Assembly (NCBI GenBank): GCA_964551595.1
Contig: CAZKCU010000001.1
Coordinates: forward strand, 197,321-261,320
DNA: 64,000 nt
Direction of reading: 5' to 3'
Source: an uncultured Candidatus Saccharibacteria bacterium
GTDB lineage: Bacteria > Patescibacteriota > Minisyncoccia > Minisyncoccales > CAZKCU01
Numbering within the stretch: the first letter of the stretch is position 1; each line of letters starts with the position of its first letter. The notes below the pieces were generated by a model that had not been told where the DNA came from, did no database searches, and saw only the letters and a list, made by a program, of their open reading frames with translations. Below, piece by piece: positions 1 to 8,045 of this stretch. The position numbers and the translations under genes are program-made.

Positions 1-129
1 GTAAGGCATGATAAGCCCGGTGAATAACAGAGTTGGAATCAATAATTATCAAACGTTTTTTCTTGCCATTCATTGGTTTATTTTAACACAAATTAAAAAA
101 ATCTTCGAAGGAAGGTTAATATCGAAATC

Positions 130-582
130 TCAAAGTGCCAAAATAATTATCTTTCTTTTATTCTGGCCAATAAACTCAAATTTTAGTATTATACTATTTT
201 TTGGTAGTATTTTGCCGATGCGGTCAGCCCATTCAATGGCAACGATATTTTTGGGATTAGAAATAATTTCTTTAAAACCCAAATCTAAAATTTCTTTTGG
301 TTTTTGGATGCGATAACAATCAATATGATAGAAATCCTTAAACCTTCCATCTTGAACCTTAAGTCTTTTTAAAATAACAAAGGTGGGGCTTAAAATTTTC
401 TCTTTCACTCCTAACCCTTTGGCAAAGCCCTGCAAAAAAGTAGTTTTCCCACCACCCAAATCACCCTCGAGCCCGATAACAAAGGCGGTTTTTTTAATTT
501 TAGTTCTTAAAATTTCCTTTGCTAATATTTCTCCCAGCTTTTTGGTCTGAAAACGATTAGCAGTTAGATATTGAAATTTCAT
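130..582 (-). CDS. tsaE: tRNA threonylcarbamoyladenosine biosynthesis ATPase TsaE (YjeE family)
   Basis: 150 aa; P-loop GDLGGGKTTF typical of TsaE/YjeE. Confidence 0.7.
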   Translation of the reverse strand: MKFQYLTANRFQTKKLGEILAKEILRTKIKKTAFVIGLEGDLGGGKTTFLQGFAKGLGVKEKILSPTFVILKRLKVQDGRFKDFYHIDCYRIQKPKEILDLGFKEIISNPKNIVAIEWADRIGKILPKNSIILKFEFIGQNKRKIIILAL

Positions 583-648
583 ATGACAAGTTGACTAATT
601 CTTGAATATAAGATAAATTAAAATAACAAAATTCTTTTTTATTTTACC

Positions 649-1935
649 ATGAATGAATTTCCAAAAAAAATTACAGGTCTAATAGAAATTTCTCCCAAAA
701 TACTTGCTGAAACTCAAAAGAAAATAAAAAATATTTCTGATTTTAAGGAAAAGATTGAAGAGTTTTTGAAAAAGAGTGTTTCGGAAATTTTAGAAATTCT
801 TTTGGGAGGGGGAATAAGTCTCAAGGCCTCTGACATTCACATTGAGCCAGAAGAAAATCAAGCCAAAATCCGAGCCAGAATTGATGGAATCTTACAAGAT
901 GTAATAATTCTTGATTTAAAAACATACCAAACTCTTCTCTCTCGGATTAAGCTTCTTTCTGGAGTTAAATTAAATATTACTGACCGACCCCAGGATGGCC
1001 GGTTTTCTATTCTAATGGAAAAAACAGAAGTTGAAATCAGGGTATCAACCTTGCCGGCTGAGTATGGAGAATCAATTGTCCTGAGAATTTTAAACCCAAA
1101 AGGTTTAATTGAGATTGAGGAATTAGGGGTGAGAAAAGATTTATTAGAAATTTTTAAAAAGGAAATAAAAAGACCGAATGGAATGATTATTGTTACCGGG
1201 CCTACCGGCTGCGGGAAAACTACAACTCTATATGCCTTTTTAAAAAAAATCCAAAAACCAGAGATTAAAATTATAACTATTGAAGACCCTATTGAGTATC
1301 ATTTAAAAGAGATTTCCCAGACTCAGGTGAATGCCGCAAAAGGCTATAATTTTGCCTCAGGCCTCAAATCCATTATGCGCCAAGACCCTGATGTAGTTTT
1401 GGTGGGAGAAATAAGAGACCTGGAAACAGCCAAGATTAGCCTTCAATCAGCCTTAACCGGCCATTTAGTTTTAACTACCTTACACACCAACGATGCTGCT
1501 GGAACCGTGGTCAGGTTGGAAGCCCTGGGAGAAAAACCAGTAAACATTGCTCCAGCAATAAACATGGCTGTTGCCCAAAGATTGGTCAGAAAAGTTTGCC
1601 AGAAATGCGTGAAGTTTGAAAAAATCTCTTCGCCTGATTTTAAAAAAATTAAAAAAATTCTCAAGAAAGTCCCAATTTCGCCTGCCTTAAAAATCCCTCA
1701 AGCTAAAGGATGTAAAGATTGTAATTTTACAGGGTTCAGGGGCCGAATCGGGATTTTTGAGGCTTTTTTAGTTGATAATGAGATGGAAAAATTTATTCTA
1801 ACTTCGCCTTCAATTTCAGCCTTAAGAGAAAAAGCTATAAAAAAAGGAATGCTCACTATGCACCAGGATGGAATAATGAAGGTCCTGGAAGGAATTACTA
1901 CAATTGGAGAAGTAGAAAGAGTAACCGGAGAATAA
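649..1935 (+). CDS. pilB: type IV pilus / type II secretion assembly ATPase (GspE/PilB family)
   Basis: Walker A VTGPTGCGKTTT; GEIRD motif; C-terminal tetracysteine CQKC...CKDC typical of GspE/PilB. Confidence 0.8.
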   Translation: MNEFPKKITGLIEISPKILAETQKKIKNISDFKEKIEEFLKKSVSEILEILLGGGISLKASDIHIEPEENQAKIRARIDGILQDVIILDLKTYQTLLSRIKLLSGVKLNITDRPQDGRFSILMEKTEVEIRVSTLPAEYGESIVLRILNPKGLIEIEELGVRKDLLEIFKKEIKRPNGMIIVTGPTGCGKTTTLYAFLKKIQKPEIKIITIEDPIEYHLKEISQTQVNAAKGYNFASGLKSIMRQDPDVVLVGEIRDLETAKISLQSALTGHLVLTTLHTNDAAGTVVRLEALGEKPVNIAPAINMAVAQRLVRKVCQKCVKFEKISSPDFKKIKKILKKVPISPALKIPQAKGCKDCNFTGFRGRIGIFEAFLVDNEMEKFILTSPSISALREKAIKKGMLTMHQDGIMKVLEGITTIGEVERVTGE

Positions 1936-1937
1936 GA

Positions 1938-1960
1938 ACCTCGCCTTCGGCGAGAACCTT
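1938..1960 (+). terminator. short hairpin after pilB stop (cctcgcc-ttcg-ggcgagg)
   Basis: inverted repeat with tetraloop immediately after the TAA stop; weak T tract. Confidence 0.35.
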
Positions 1961-2152
1961 GACTCGCTAATGTATAAACACTTAGTCTTGAATTAAATTA
2001 ACCCCGAAGATGGGGGCCAATCTTGAGTTTTAGGAACACGAAGTTAGAATTTTTCCGAGGGGTAATTTCGCCGTAGCCAAATTATCCATCTCTGAAAAAT
2101 TCCAGGGGCCCCCATCTTCGGGGTTAATTATAATACTAATTATAAGCGAAGC

Positions 2153-2920
2153 TTGAAATTAGTCGTTTTACTCCTAATTATAACAAGCTATGAGAAATTT
2201 GTCAAGAGTAACGGTTCTCTTTCTTATTTTTTTTGGTTAGGGACGACTGGAATATTTTCAACTAACTTTATTTTTGCTGCAGAAAAAATAGATATTAATA
2301 TCGCTCCCATTGAAGATTTGGTTAAAATTATTCATATAGGAGAAAATAGTGAAAGAGAATTGATTTCTCTAAGGCCTTTCTCTTCTTTAGATGAACTCAC
2401 CAAAATAAAAGGTATAGGCGAAGCGAGGCTTAGGGATATCAGGGAACAGGGTTTGGCGTGGGTCGCCCTTGAGTCTCAGCCAGAATCTCAGCAAGAGCCG
2501 GAACCAAAGCTCCAACAAGAACCGCAAATAGAGACCGGTGTTCTGCAGAGCTATCCAGGAGGAATCATCTTCAATGAAATTCTACCTTCCCCTGAGGGAC
2601 CTGACGCTGAAAACGAATGGATTGAAATTTTTAATCAGAATAATTTTGAAGTTTTGTTTTCTGACTGGAAAATAACTGACACAGTAGGAAAAATTAATAC
2701 TTATTCTCTCCCAAAAAGAACAAAAATTCCTCCTCAGGGGTTTTTAGTTCTTTCTCGGCCAACTACTAAAATTACTTTAAATAATGATGGCGATGGCCTA
2801 AAGCTTATTCAACCTGATGGAAAAAGAGTGGATGAGATAACTTATGAAAAAGCTCCTCGAGGACAATCTTATAACCTTATTAACTCTGATTGGGCCTGGA
2901 ACACGAATTTAACCCCTTGA
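2153..2920 (+). CDS. comEA: ComEA-like helix-hairpin-helix DNA-binding protein fused to a lamin tail domain (LTD)
   Basis: N-terminal hydrophobic segment; HhH region IGEARLRDIREQG; LTD signature IFNEILPSP...NEWIEIFN...FLVL; TTG start inferred. Confidence 0.7.
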   Translation: MKLVVLLLIITSYEKFVKSNGSLSYFFWLGTTGIFSTNFIFAAEKIDINIAPIEDLVKIIHIGENSERELISLRPFSSLDELTKIKGIGEARLRDIREQGLAWVALESQPESQQEPEPKLQQEPQIETGVLQSYPGGIIFNEILPSPEGPDAENEWIEIFNQNNFEVLFSDWKITDTVGKINTYSLPKRTKIPPQGFLVLSRPTTKITLNNDGDGLKLIQPDGKRVDEITYEKAPRGQSYNLINSDWAWNTNLTP

Positions 2921-3214
2921 GCAGCAAATTTCATTCCTTTTGCTCAACCAGAAGAAAAAACAGAGGACGGGCCTCTGAAAGATAAATCTGCTACCGAACC
3001 CGAAACAAAAAGAGAATTAGCAGCCGCAGGTCTACAAATCTCAAAACCCTCAAAGTCTTTATTTATTTTATTAATTGCTTTGGCTATTGCCATTTCCTCG
3101 GGAATAATAATCTTACTTTTAAAAAAGAAACTATCAAGTAGGGTTGATTTATAGAGAAAATTAGAATAAAATAAGATAAGTAAGATAATTATATATAGAA
3201 GAAGGGATAAAAAT

Positions 3215-3946
3215 ATGAGCGGTCATTCTCACGCTAAAAAAATCTTACGAAAAAAACAAATTACCGACGCTCAAAGAGGTAAGGTATTTTCAAAGCTGGC
3301 TCGGATGATTTCAGTTGCTGCCAGAGAAGGTGGTGACCCGGAAACCAATCTTCAGTTACGACGGGCATTAGAAGAGGCTAAGACTTTTGCCTTGCCAAAG
3401 GAGAATATAGAAAGGGCGATAAAACGAGGAACCGGCGAGATTGGTGAAAAAAAATTAGAACAGTTTATTTTCGAGGCTTATGGTCCCGGTGGAATTGCAA
3501 TTATTATTGAAGGAATTACCGATAATAAAAATCGAACTCTGAGCGAAATTAAACAAATTTTAAATCAAAACAATGGAAAACTGGCTGATGCTGGCTCAGT
3601 GAGATGGCTATTTGAAAGAAAGGGTTGTATTATTGTAGATTTAAAATTGCAGATTGAAGATTTTAAAAATAAAGAAGATTTAGAGCTGTTAGCAATTGAA
3701 ACCGGGGCAGAAGATATATATTGGCATAATAATCTTTTAGATGTTTATACAAAAATCGAAGAATTAGAAAAAGTAAAGAAAAATTTGGAAGAAAAAGGAA
3801 TTAAAATTGAATCTGCTTCTTTGGATTGGGTAGCAAAAGAAGAAATTTCTGTTGACATAAAAACAAAAGAGGCCTGTCAAAAACTTTTTGAGACCTTAGA
3901 CGAATCAGAAGCTGTCCAAGATGTTTATTCAAATCTAAAAATATGA
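3215..3946 (+). CDS. yebC: YebC/PmpR family DNA-binding transcriptional regulator
   Basis: 243 aa, MSGHSHAKKI...RGK start is highly characteristic of YebC; stop overlaps ruvC start (ATGA). Confidence 0.85.
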   Translation: MSGHSHAKKILRKKQITDAQRGKVFSKLARMISVAAREGGDPETNLQLRRALEEAKTFALPKENIERAIKRGTGEIGEKKLEQFIFEAYGPGGIAIIIEGITDNKNRTLSEIKQILNQNNGKLADAGSVRWLFERKGCIIVDLKLQIEDFKNKEDLELLAIETGAEDIYWHNNLLDVYTKIEELEKVKKNLEEKGIKIESASLDWVAKEEISVDIKTKEACQKLFETLDESEAVQDVYSNLKI

Positions 3947-4437
3947 TTATTATAGGTATTGACCCGGGCACGGCCCATCTAGGGTATGGCATCATCAAAA
4001 AAACCAAAGGTAAGAAAAATAAACTCAAAGCCATTGATTATGGCTGCATTAAAACTAGCCCAGACTTTTCAGATGGGGACCGTTTAAAGAAAATTAACAA
4101 CGAACTTAATAAGTTAATTAAAAAATATAAACCAAAGATTTTGGCGATTGAGAGTCTTTATTTTTTTAAAAATTTAAAAACAGCACTTCCTGTCAGCCAG
4201 GCCACAGGAGTAATTTTACTTACTGCTGCTAAGAAAAAAATTCCGGTCGTTGAATTTACTCCTCTACAGGTTAAACTTGCAATTACCGGTTATGGAAGAG
4301 CGGAAAAGCAACAAGTCCAAAAAATGGTTAAAATTTTGCTTAATTTAAAAGAAATACCTCAATCCCCCGATGCTGCCGATGCCCTTGGCGTGGCTATTTG
4401 CTGTACAAATTTTCGCAAAAAAGTTCTTAAAGCTTGA
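3943..4437 (+). CDS. ruvC: crossover junction endodeoxyribonuclease RuvC
   Basis: MIIIGIDPGTAHLGYGII catalytic N-terminus; 164 aa. Confidence 0.85.
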   Translation: MIIIGIDPGTAHLGYGIIKKTKGKKNKLKAIDYGCIKTSPDFSDGDRLKKINNELNKLIKKYKPKILAIESLYFFKNLKTALPVSQATGVILLTAAKKKIPVVEFTPLQVKLAITGYGRAEKQQVQKMVKILLNLKEIPQSPDAADALGVAICCTNFRKKVLKA

Positions 4438-4462
4438 CAAGCCTTGTTCAGAAAACTATAAT
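4434..4462 (+). promoter_or_regulatory. sigma70-consensus promoter (TTGACA-17 nt-TATAAT)
   Basis: ttgaca at 4434-4439, 17-nt spacer, tataat at 4457-4462; lies in the ruvC 3' end/intergenic region upstream of the small repeat ORF. Confidence 0.5.
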
Positions 4463-4559
4463 CTTTGTATCCCTTAGAAAATGGCTAATAGAGAGATTGA
4501 AAAGGTCGAAAATAATTGAATAAAAATTAATAAAATTTAATAAAGAGAATTAATCAAAT

Positions 4560-4736
4560 ATGATTTACAAAGAAAAAATTTTAACTCCGGTTGTTAGCCA
4601 AGAACCAGGAACAGTTCCTGAAGGAACTCCTGCAGAAGGAACTCCTGCAGAGGAAACTCCTGCAGAGGAAACTCCTGCTGAAGAAACTCCTGCTGAAGAA
4701 ACTCCTGCAGAAGAAGAAAAGAAAGAGGAAGTTTAG
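4560..4736 (+). CDS. small acidic repeat protein (59 aa) containing six 15-nt tandem repeats encoding (E/G)(G/E)TPA
   Basis: ATG at 4560, TAG at 4734; peptide MIYKEKILTPVVSQEPGTVPEGTPAEGTPAEETPAEETPAEETPAEETPAEEEKKEEV. The track ORF 4591..4791 is the wrong frame of the same repeat. Confidence 0.4.
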   Translation: MIYKEKILTPVVSQEPGTVPEGTPAEGTPAEETPAEETPAEETPAEETPAEEEKKEEV

Positions 4737-4745
4737 GAGTTTTTT

Positions 4746-4773
4746 AAAACCCCGCTTTAAAAAGCGGGGTTTT
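4746..4773. terminator. bidirectional rho-independent terminator (aaaaccccgc-tttaaaaa-gcggggtttt)
   Basis: perfect GC-rich stem flanked by A/T runs, between convergent small ORF (+) and tyrS (-). Confidence 0.7.
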
Positions 4774-4787
4774 AAAAAAACGGGGTC

Positions 4788-5990
4788 TTAATAAATAATC
4801 TTGACGAATTTTCTTTTCCCTATTTGGACAATCTGTCCCTTTTTTATTTCTATAACTTTTTGCCAGTCTTCCTGAGTCTGGCCATCTATTTTCACTCCCT
4901 TTTGAAAAACTAATCTCTTAGCCTCAGCCTTTGATGAGGCTAATTTTATTCTGACTAATAAATCAAGGATATTAAGAAATTTTTCTTTAATTGAAATTTT
5001 TGAAATTTTTGCCGGTATTTTTTTTTCTTTGAAGACGCGATTAAATTCCTCTTCAGATTTTCCCGCTATTTTTTTTCCATAATAAATATTCACAATCTCT
5101 CTGGCCAATCTTGCTTTTAAATCCCGGGGATTTATCTTTTTCCTCTTTAATCCTTCTCTCATCTTTTTAATTTCTTTTATCGTTATCCGGGTTGTTAATT
5201 CAAAATAATCTAAAATTAATTTATCAGGGATTGACATTATCTTCCCATACTGCTCTTCTGGTTTCTCGGTAATACCAATATAATTTCCTAAAGTTTTACT
5301 CATTTTTCTTTGACCATCTAGTCCCACAAGTAAAGGGATAATAACTAAATCTTGCTGAGTCTGGCCCCTTTTCTTTTGTAAGTCTCTACCAGTCAACATA
5401 TTAAATTTTTGGTCTGAGCCCCCAAGCTCTATGTCTGCTCTAATCATAATCGAATCATAGGCCTGCATTAAGGGATAAATTATTTCGTGCACCCCGATAT
5501 TTATTCCCTTTTTTAAGCGTTGGGTAAAGTCATCTCGTTCTAAAATTCTCGCTACCATGAATTTACTGGCCACTTTTAATAAATCTGTCAAATCCATTTT
5601 AGAAAACCACTTACTATTTCTTAAAATTTTAATCTTTTTTATATCTAAAATTTTCCCTATTTGTTTAAAATAGGTCTTAGCGTTCCTCTCTACCTCCTTT
5701 TTAGAAAGAGGAGATCTTATTTTTAATCTCTTTGAAGGGTCTCCAATCATCGCTGTAAAGTCACCAATAATAAAAATTATTTGGTGACCTAAATCCTGAA
5801 ATTCTTTTAATTTTAATAAACAAGCACTGTGTCCCAAATGTAAATCAGGAGCTGAAGGATCTGCTCCATATTTTATTCTGAGCCTCTTACCAGAATGTAA
5901 TTTTTTAATCAGGCTTTCTTCCTCAATAACCTCCTCTACTCCCCGGGTTAAAAGTTCTTCAATTTTTTTAGGGTCAGTATTTACTTTCAT
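4788..5990 (-). CDS. tyrS: tyrosyl-tRNA synthetase
   Basis: 400 aa; class I HLGH and KMSKT motifs; C-terminal S4 RNA-binding domain. Confidence 0.85.
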   Translation of the reverse strand: MKVNTDPKKIEELLTRGVEEVIEEESLIKKLHSGKRLRIKYGADPSAPDLHLGHSACLLKLKEFQDLGHQIIFIIGDFTAMIGDPSKRLKIRSPLSKKEVERNAKTYFKQIGKILDIKKIKILRNSKWFSKMDLTDLLKVASKFMVARILERDDFTQRLKKGINIGVHEIIYPLMQAYDSIMIRADIELGGSDQKFNMLTGRDLQKKRGQTQQDLVIIPLLVGLDGQRKMSKTLGNYIGITEKPEEQYGKIMSIPDKLILDYFELTTRITIKEIKKMREGLKRKKINPRDLKARLAREIVNIYYGKKIAGKSEEEFNRVFKEKKIPAKISKISIKEKFLNILDLLVRIKLASSKAEAKRLVFQKGVKIDGQTQEDWQKVIEIKKGQIVQIGKRKFVKIIY

Positions 5991-6053
5991 ATCTTCATAT
6001 TAAAATAAATTGTAAAAATTGTAAATTTGGCTAAAATTTATTAAGATTAAATT

Positions 6054-7979
6054 ATGCCCCGTAGAAAATTTTATCGAAAAATTTATCAGAAGGCCAAAAA
6101 AGGAAAAAGAAGAAGCAGATTTCTTCTAATTTTAAAATTCTTTGGATATTTTCTTTTATTTTTTGTTTTTATTTCTTTGTTTTTATTTATTTACTATGCT
6201 AAGGACCTTCCCCGCCCGGAAAGATTTACCGAAAAGCCATTTATCCAATCAACTAAAGTTTACGACAAGACAGGGGAAATTCTTCTCTATGACGTTTATG
6301 GCGAAGAAAAAAGAGATGTTGTTTCTTTGGACCAAGTTCCAGAATATTTAAAGGAAGCTGTGATTGTAACTGAAGACGTCAATTTTTATCACCATTTTGG
6401 ATTAGATATTAAGGGAATAATTCGAGCCGTTTTAGCTAATTTGAGAGTGGGTAAAGCAATTTATGGAGGCTCAACTATCAGCCAACAACTTATCCGTTCT
6501 TCTTTCTTAACCAGAGAAAAAACTTTAAAAAGAAAAGTAAGAGAGATTATTTTAACTCTTGAATTAGAAAGAAGATATTCTAAAGATGAAATTTTAGAAT
6601 TTTATTTAAACCAGGTCCCCTTTGGCTCTAACACCTATGGAGTAGAAGCTGCTTGCCAGACTTATTTTAACAAGCCTATCTCTGAAATTTCTTTGTCAGA
6701 AGCTACTATTTTAGTTTCTTTAATCAGGTCCCCGAGTTATCTTTCTCCTTACGGAGAACACAAAGATGAGCTCCTATCTAGAAAAGATTATATCTTAAAC
6801 AAAATGTTAAAAGAAGGATACTTAACTCAAGAAGAGAGAGATAAAGCCAAAGAATCTGAAATAACCTTCGCCAAAATTTTACAGCCAATCCAAGCTCCTC
6901 ATTTTGTAATGTATGTTATGGAATACCTTAAACAAAGATATGGAGAAGATTTTTTAAAAGAAAAAGGGCTTAGGGTTTATACTTCTTTAGATTGGGAACT
7001 CCAGGAATGGGCTGAAAAAGTAATTAAAGAAGGAGGAGAGATTAATAAAAATTACCGAGCTCATAACGCCAGCTTAGTGGTTATTGATCCAAAAACCGGT
7101 CAAATTTTAGCTATGGTGGGATCAATAGATTATTTCGGAGACCCCTTTCCTAAAGATTGCCTGTCAGGAGAAAATTGTTTGTTTGATCCTTATCCTAATG
7201 TTACAATTCGAGGACGCCAGCCAGGCTCTGCTTTTAAACCTTTTGTCTATGCTACCGCTTTTAAAAAGGGTTATGATGATAAAACTGTCGTCATTGACGA
7301 AGAAACTAATTTCGGCACCCCGGCCTACCCTTATATCCCCAGAAATTATGATGGGCTTTTCCGGGGGCAGGTCTCTTTGAGACAGGCTTTGGCTCAATCT
7401 TTGAATGTCCCGTCAATAAAAGTCCTGGCCAATTTTGCCGGTTTACAAGATAGCCTTCAGACTGCTAAGGATTTGGGTATTACTACCTTAACTAAGCCTC
7501 CTTCTTTTTACGGTCTTCCTTTGGTTTTGGGCGGCGGAGAGGTGACTTTATTGGAAATGGTTTCAGCTTATGGAACTTTTGCTACCAAAGGATGGCACGT
7601 TCCCCCGGTCTCTATTTTAAAAATCGAGGATTCTGCTGGAAATATTATTGAGGAGAATAAAAAAACTCCAAAAATGGTCTTGGAGCCGGAAGTTGCTTCC
7701 CTTATTAATGACATTTTATCAGACAATGAAGCCAGAGCTCCTATGTTTGGAAGCAGGTCTTTACTTTATTTTGAAAACTACCAGGTAGCGGCAAAAACTG
7801 GAACGACCCAAAGCTATAAAGACGGTTGGGTAATTGGTTATACTCCTTCAATAGTAGCTGGGGTTTGGGTTGGGAATAACAATAACTCTCCGATGTCAAA
7901 ACAACCAGGGATAGTTTTAGCTGGTCCTATCTGGAGAAGATTTATGGAGAAAGTTCTTTTAAGAGGAACTGAGAACTAA
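6054..7979 (+). CDS. penicillin-binding protein 1A family (bifunctional glycosyltransferase/transpeptidase)
   Basis: N-terminal TM; GT51 motifs EDVNFYHHFGLDIKGI...GGSTISQQL; transpeptidase SxxK-like region; 641 aa. Confidence 0.8.
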   Translation: MPRRKFYRKIYQKAKKGKRRSRFLLILKFFGYFLLFFVFISLFLFIYYAKDLPRPERFTEKPFIQSTKVYDKTGEILLYDVYGEEKRDVVSLDQVPEYLKEAVIVTEDVNFYHHFGLDIKGIIRAVLANLRVGKAIYGGSTISQQLIRSSFLTREKTLKRKVREIILTLELERRYSKDEILEFYLNQVPFGSNTYGVEAACQTYFNKPISEISLSEATILVSLIRSPSYLSPYGEHKDELLSRKDYILNKMLKEGYLTQEERDKAKESEITFAKILQPIQAPHFVMYVMEYLKQRYGEDFLKEKGLRVYTSLDWELQEWAEKVIKEGGEINKNYRAHNASLVVIDPKTGQILAMVGSIDYFGDPFPKDCLSGENCLFDPYPNVTIRGRQPGSAFKPFVYATAFKKGYDDKTVVIDEETNFGTPAYPYIPRNYDGLFRGQVSLRQALAQSLNVPSIKVLANFAGLQDSLQTAKDLGITTLTKPPSFYGLPLVLGGGEVTLLEMVSAYGTFATKGWHVPPVSILKIEDSAGNIIEENKKTPKMVLEPEVASLINDILSDNEARAPMFGSRSLLYFENYQVAAKTGTTQSYKDGWVIGYTPSIVAGVWVGNNNNSPMSKQPGIVLAGPIWRRFMEKVLLRGTEN

Positions 7980-7980
7980 A

Positions 7981-8023
7981 GAACCGTTCGCTTCGCTCGC
8001 TGTAATTTGCTTCGCAAATTATC
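7981..8023 (+). repeat. copy A of ~40-bp intergenic repeat family (gaaccgttcgcttcgctcRctgtaatttgcttcgcaaatt)
   Basis: near-identical copies at 11185-11224, 35506-35545; extended variant 12622-12686; reverse-complement diverged copy 17259-17299. Confidence 0.8.
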
Positions 8024-8045
8024 TAAAGTAATACCTAAAAAAATG

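Noticed and set aside
8-316. 102-aa ORF on the plus strand at the window start
   Set aside because: It lies entirely antisense to the well-supported tsaE gene. It has low-complexity composition and no motif; likely spurious.
1443-1664. Numerous 60-110-aa antisense ORFs inside large genes from the track (for example 1443-1664, 3801-4034, 6142-6351, 7164-7397, 8455-8763, 10000-10197, 29662-29997, 31568-31831, 52972-53553)
   Set aside because: Each is embedded antisense or out of frame within a well-supported conserved gene and shows low-complexity composition expected from AT-rich DNA. None has independent support.
2918-2920. Possibility that the whole genome uses a TGA-recoding genetic code (as in Gracilibacteria/Absconditabacteria), which would explain the ComEA readthrough
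   Set aside because: Large conserved proteins (IleRS, LeuRS, DnaA, TopA, PBP1A) are intact under the standard code. TGA terminates yebC exactly at the ruvC start overlap, glyA at the folD start, and the MgtC gene, with only junk codons following. Standard code 11 is the better fit; the ComEA case is treated as a local anomaly.
4591-4791. 66-aa K/L-rich ORF from the track over the 15-nt tandem repeat
   Set aside because: It is the wrong frame of the repeat. The ATG-initiated frame 4560..4736 has a proper start, ends before the terminator and gives a coherent (EETPA)n product, whereas 4591..4791 runs through the terminator hairpin.
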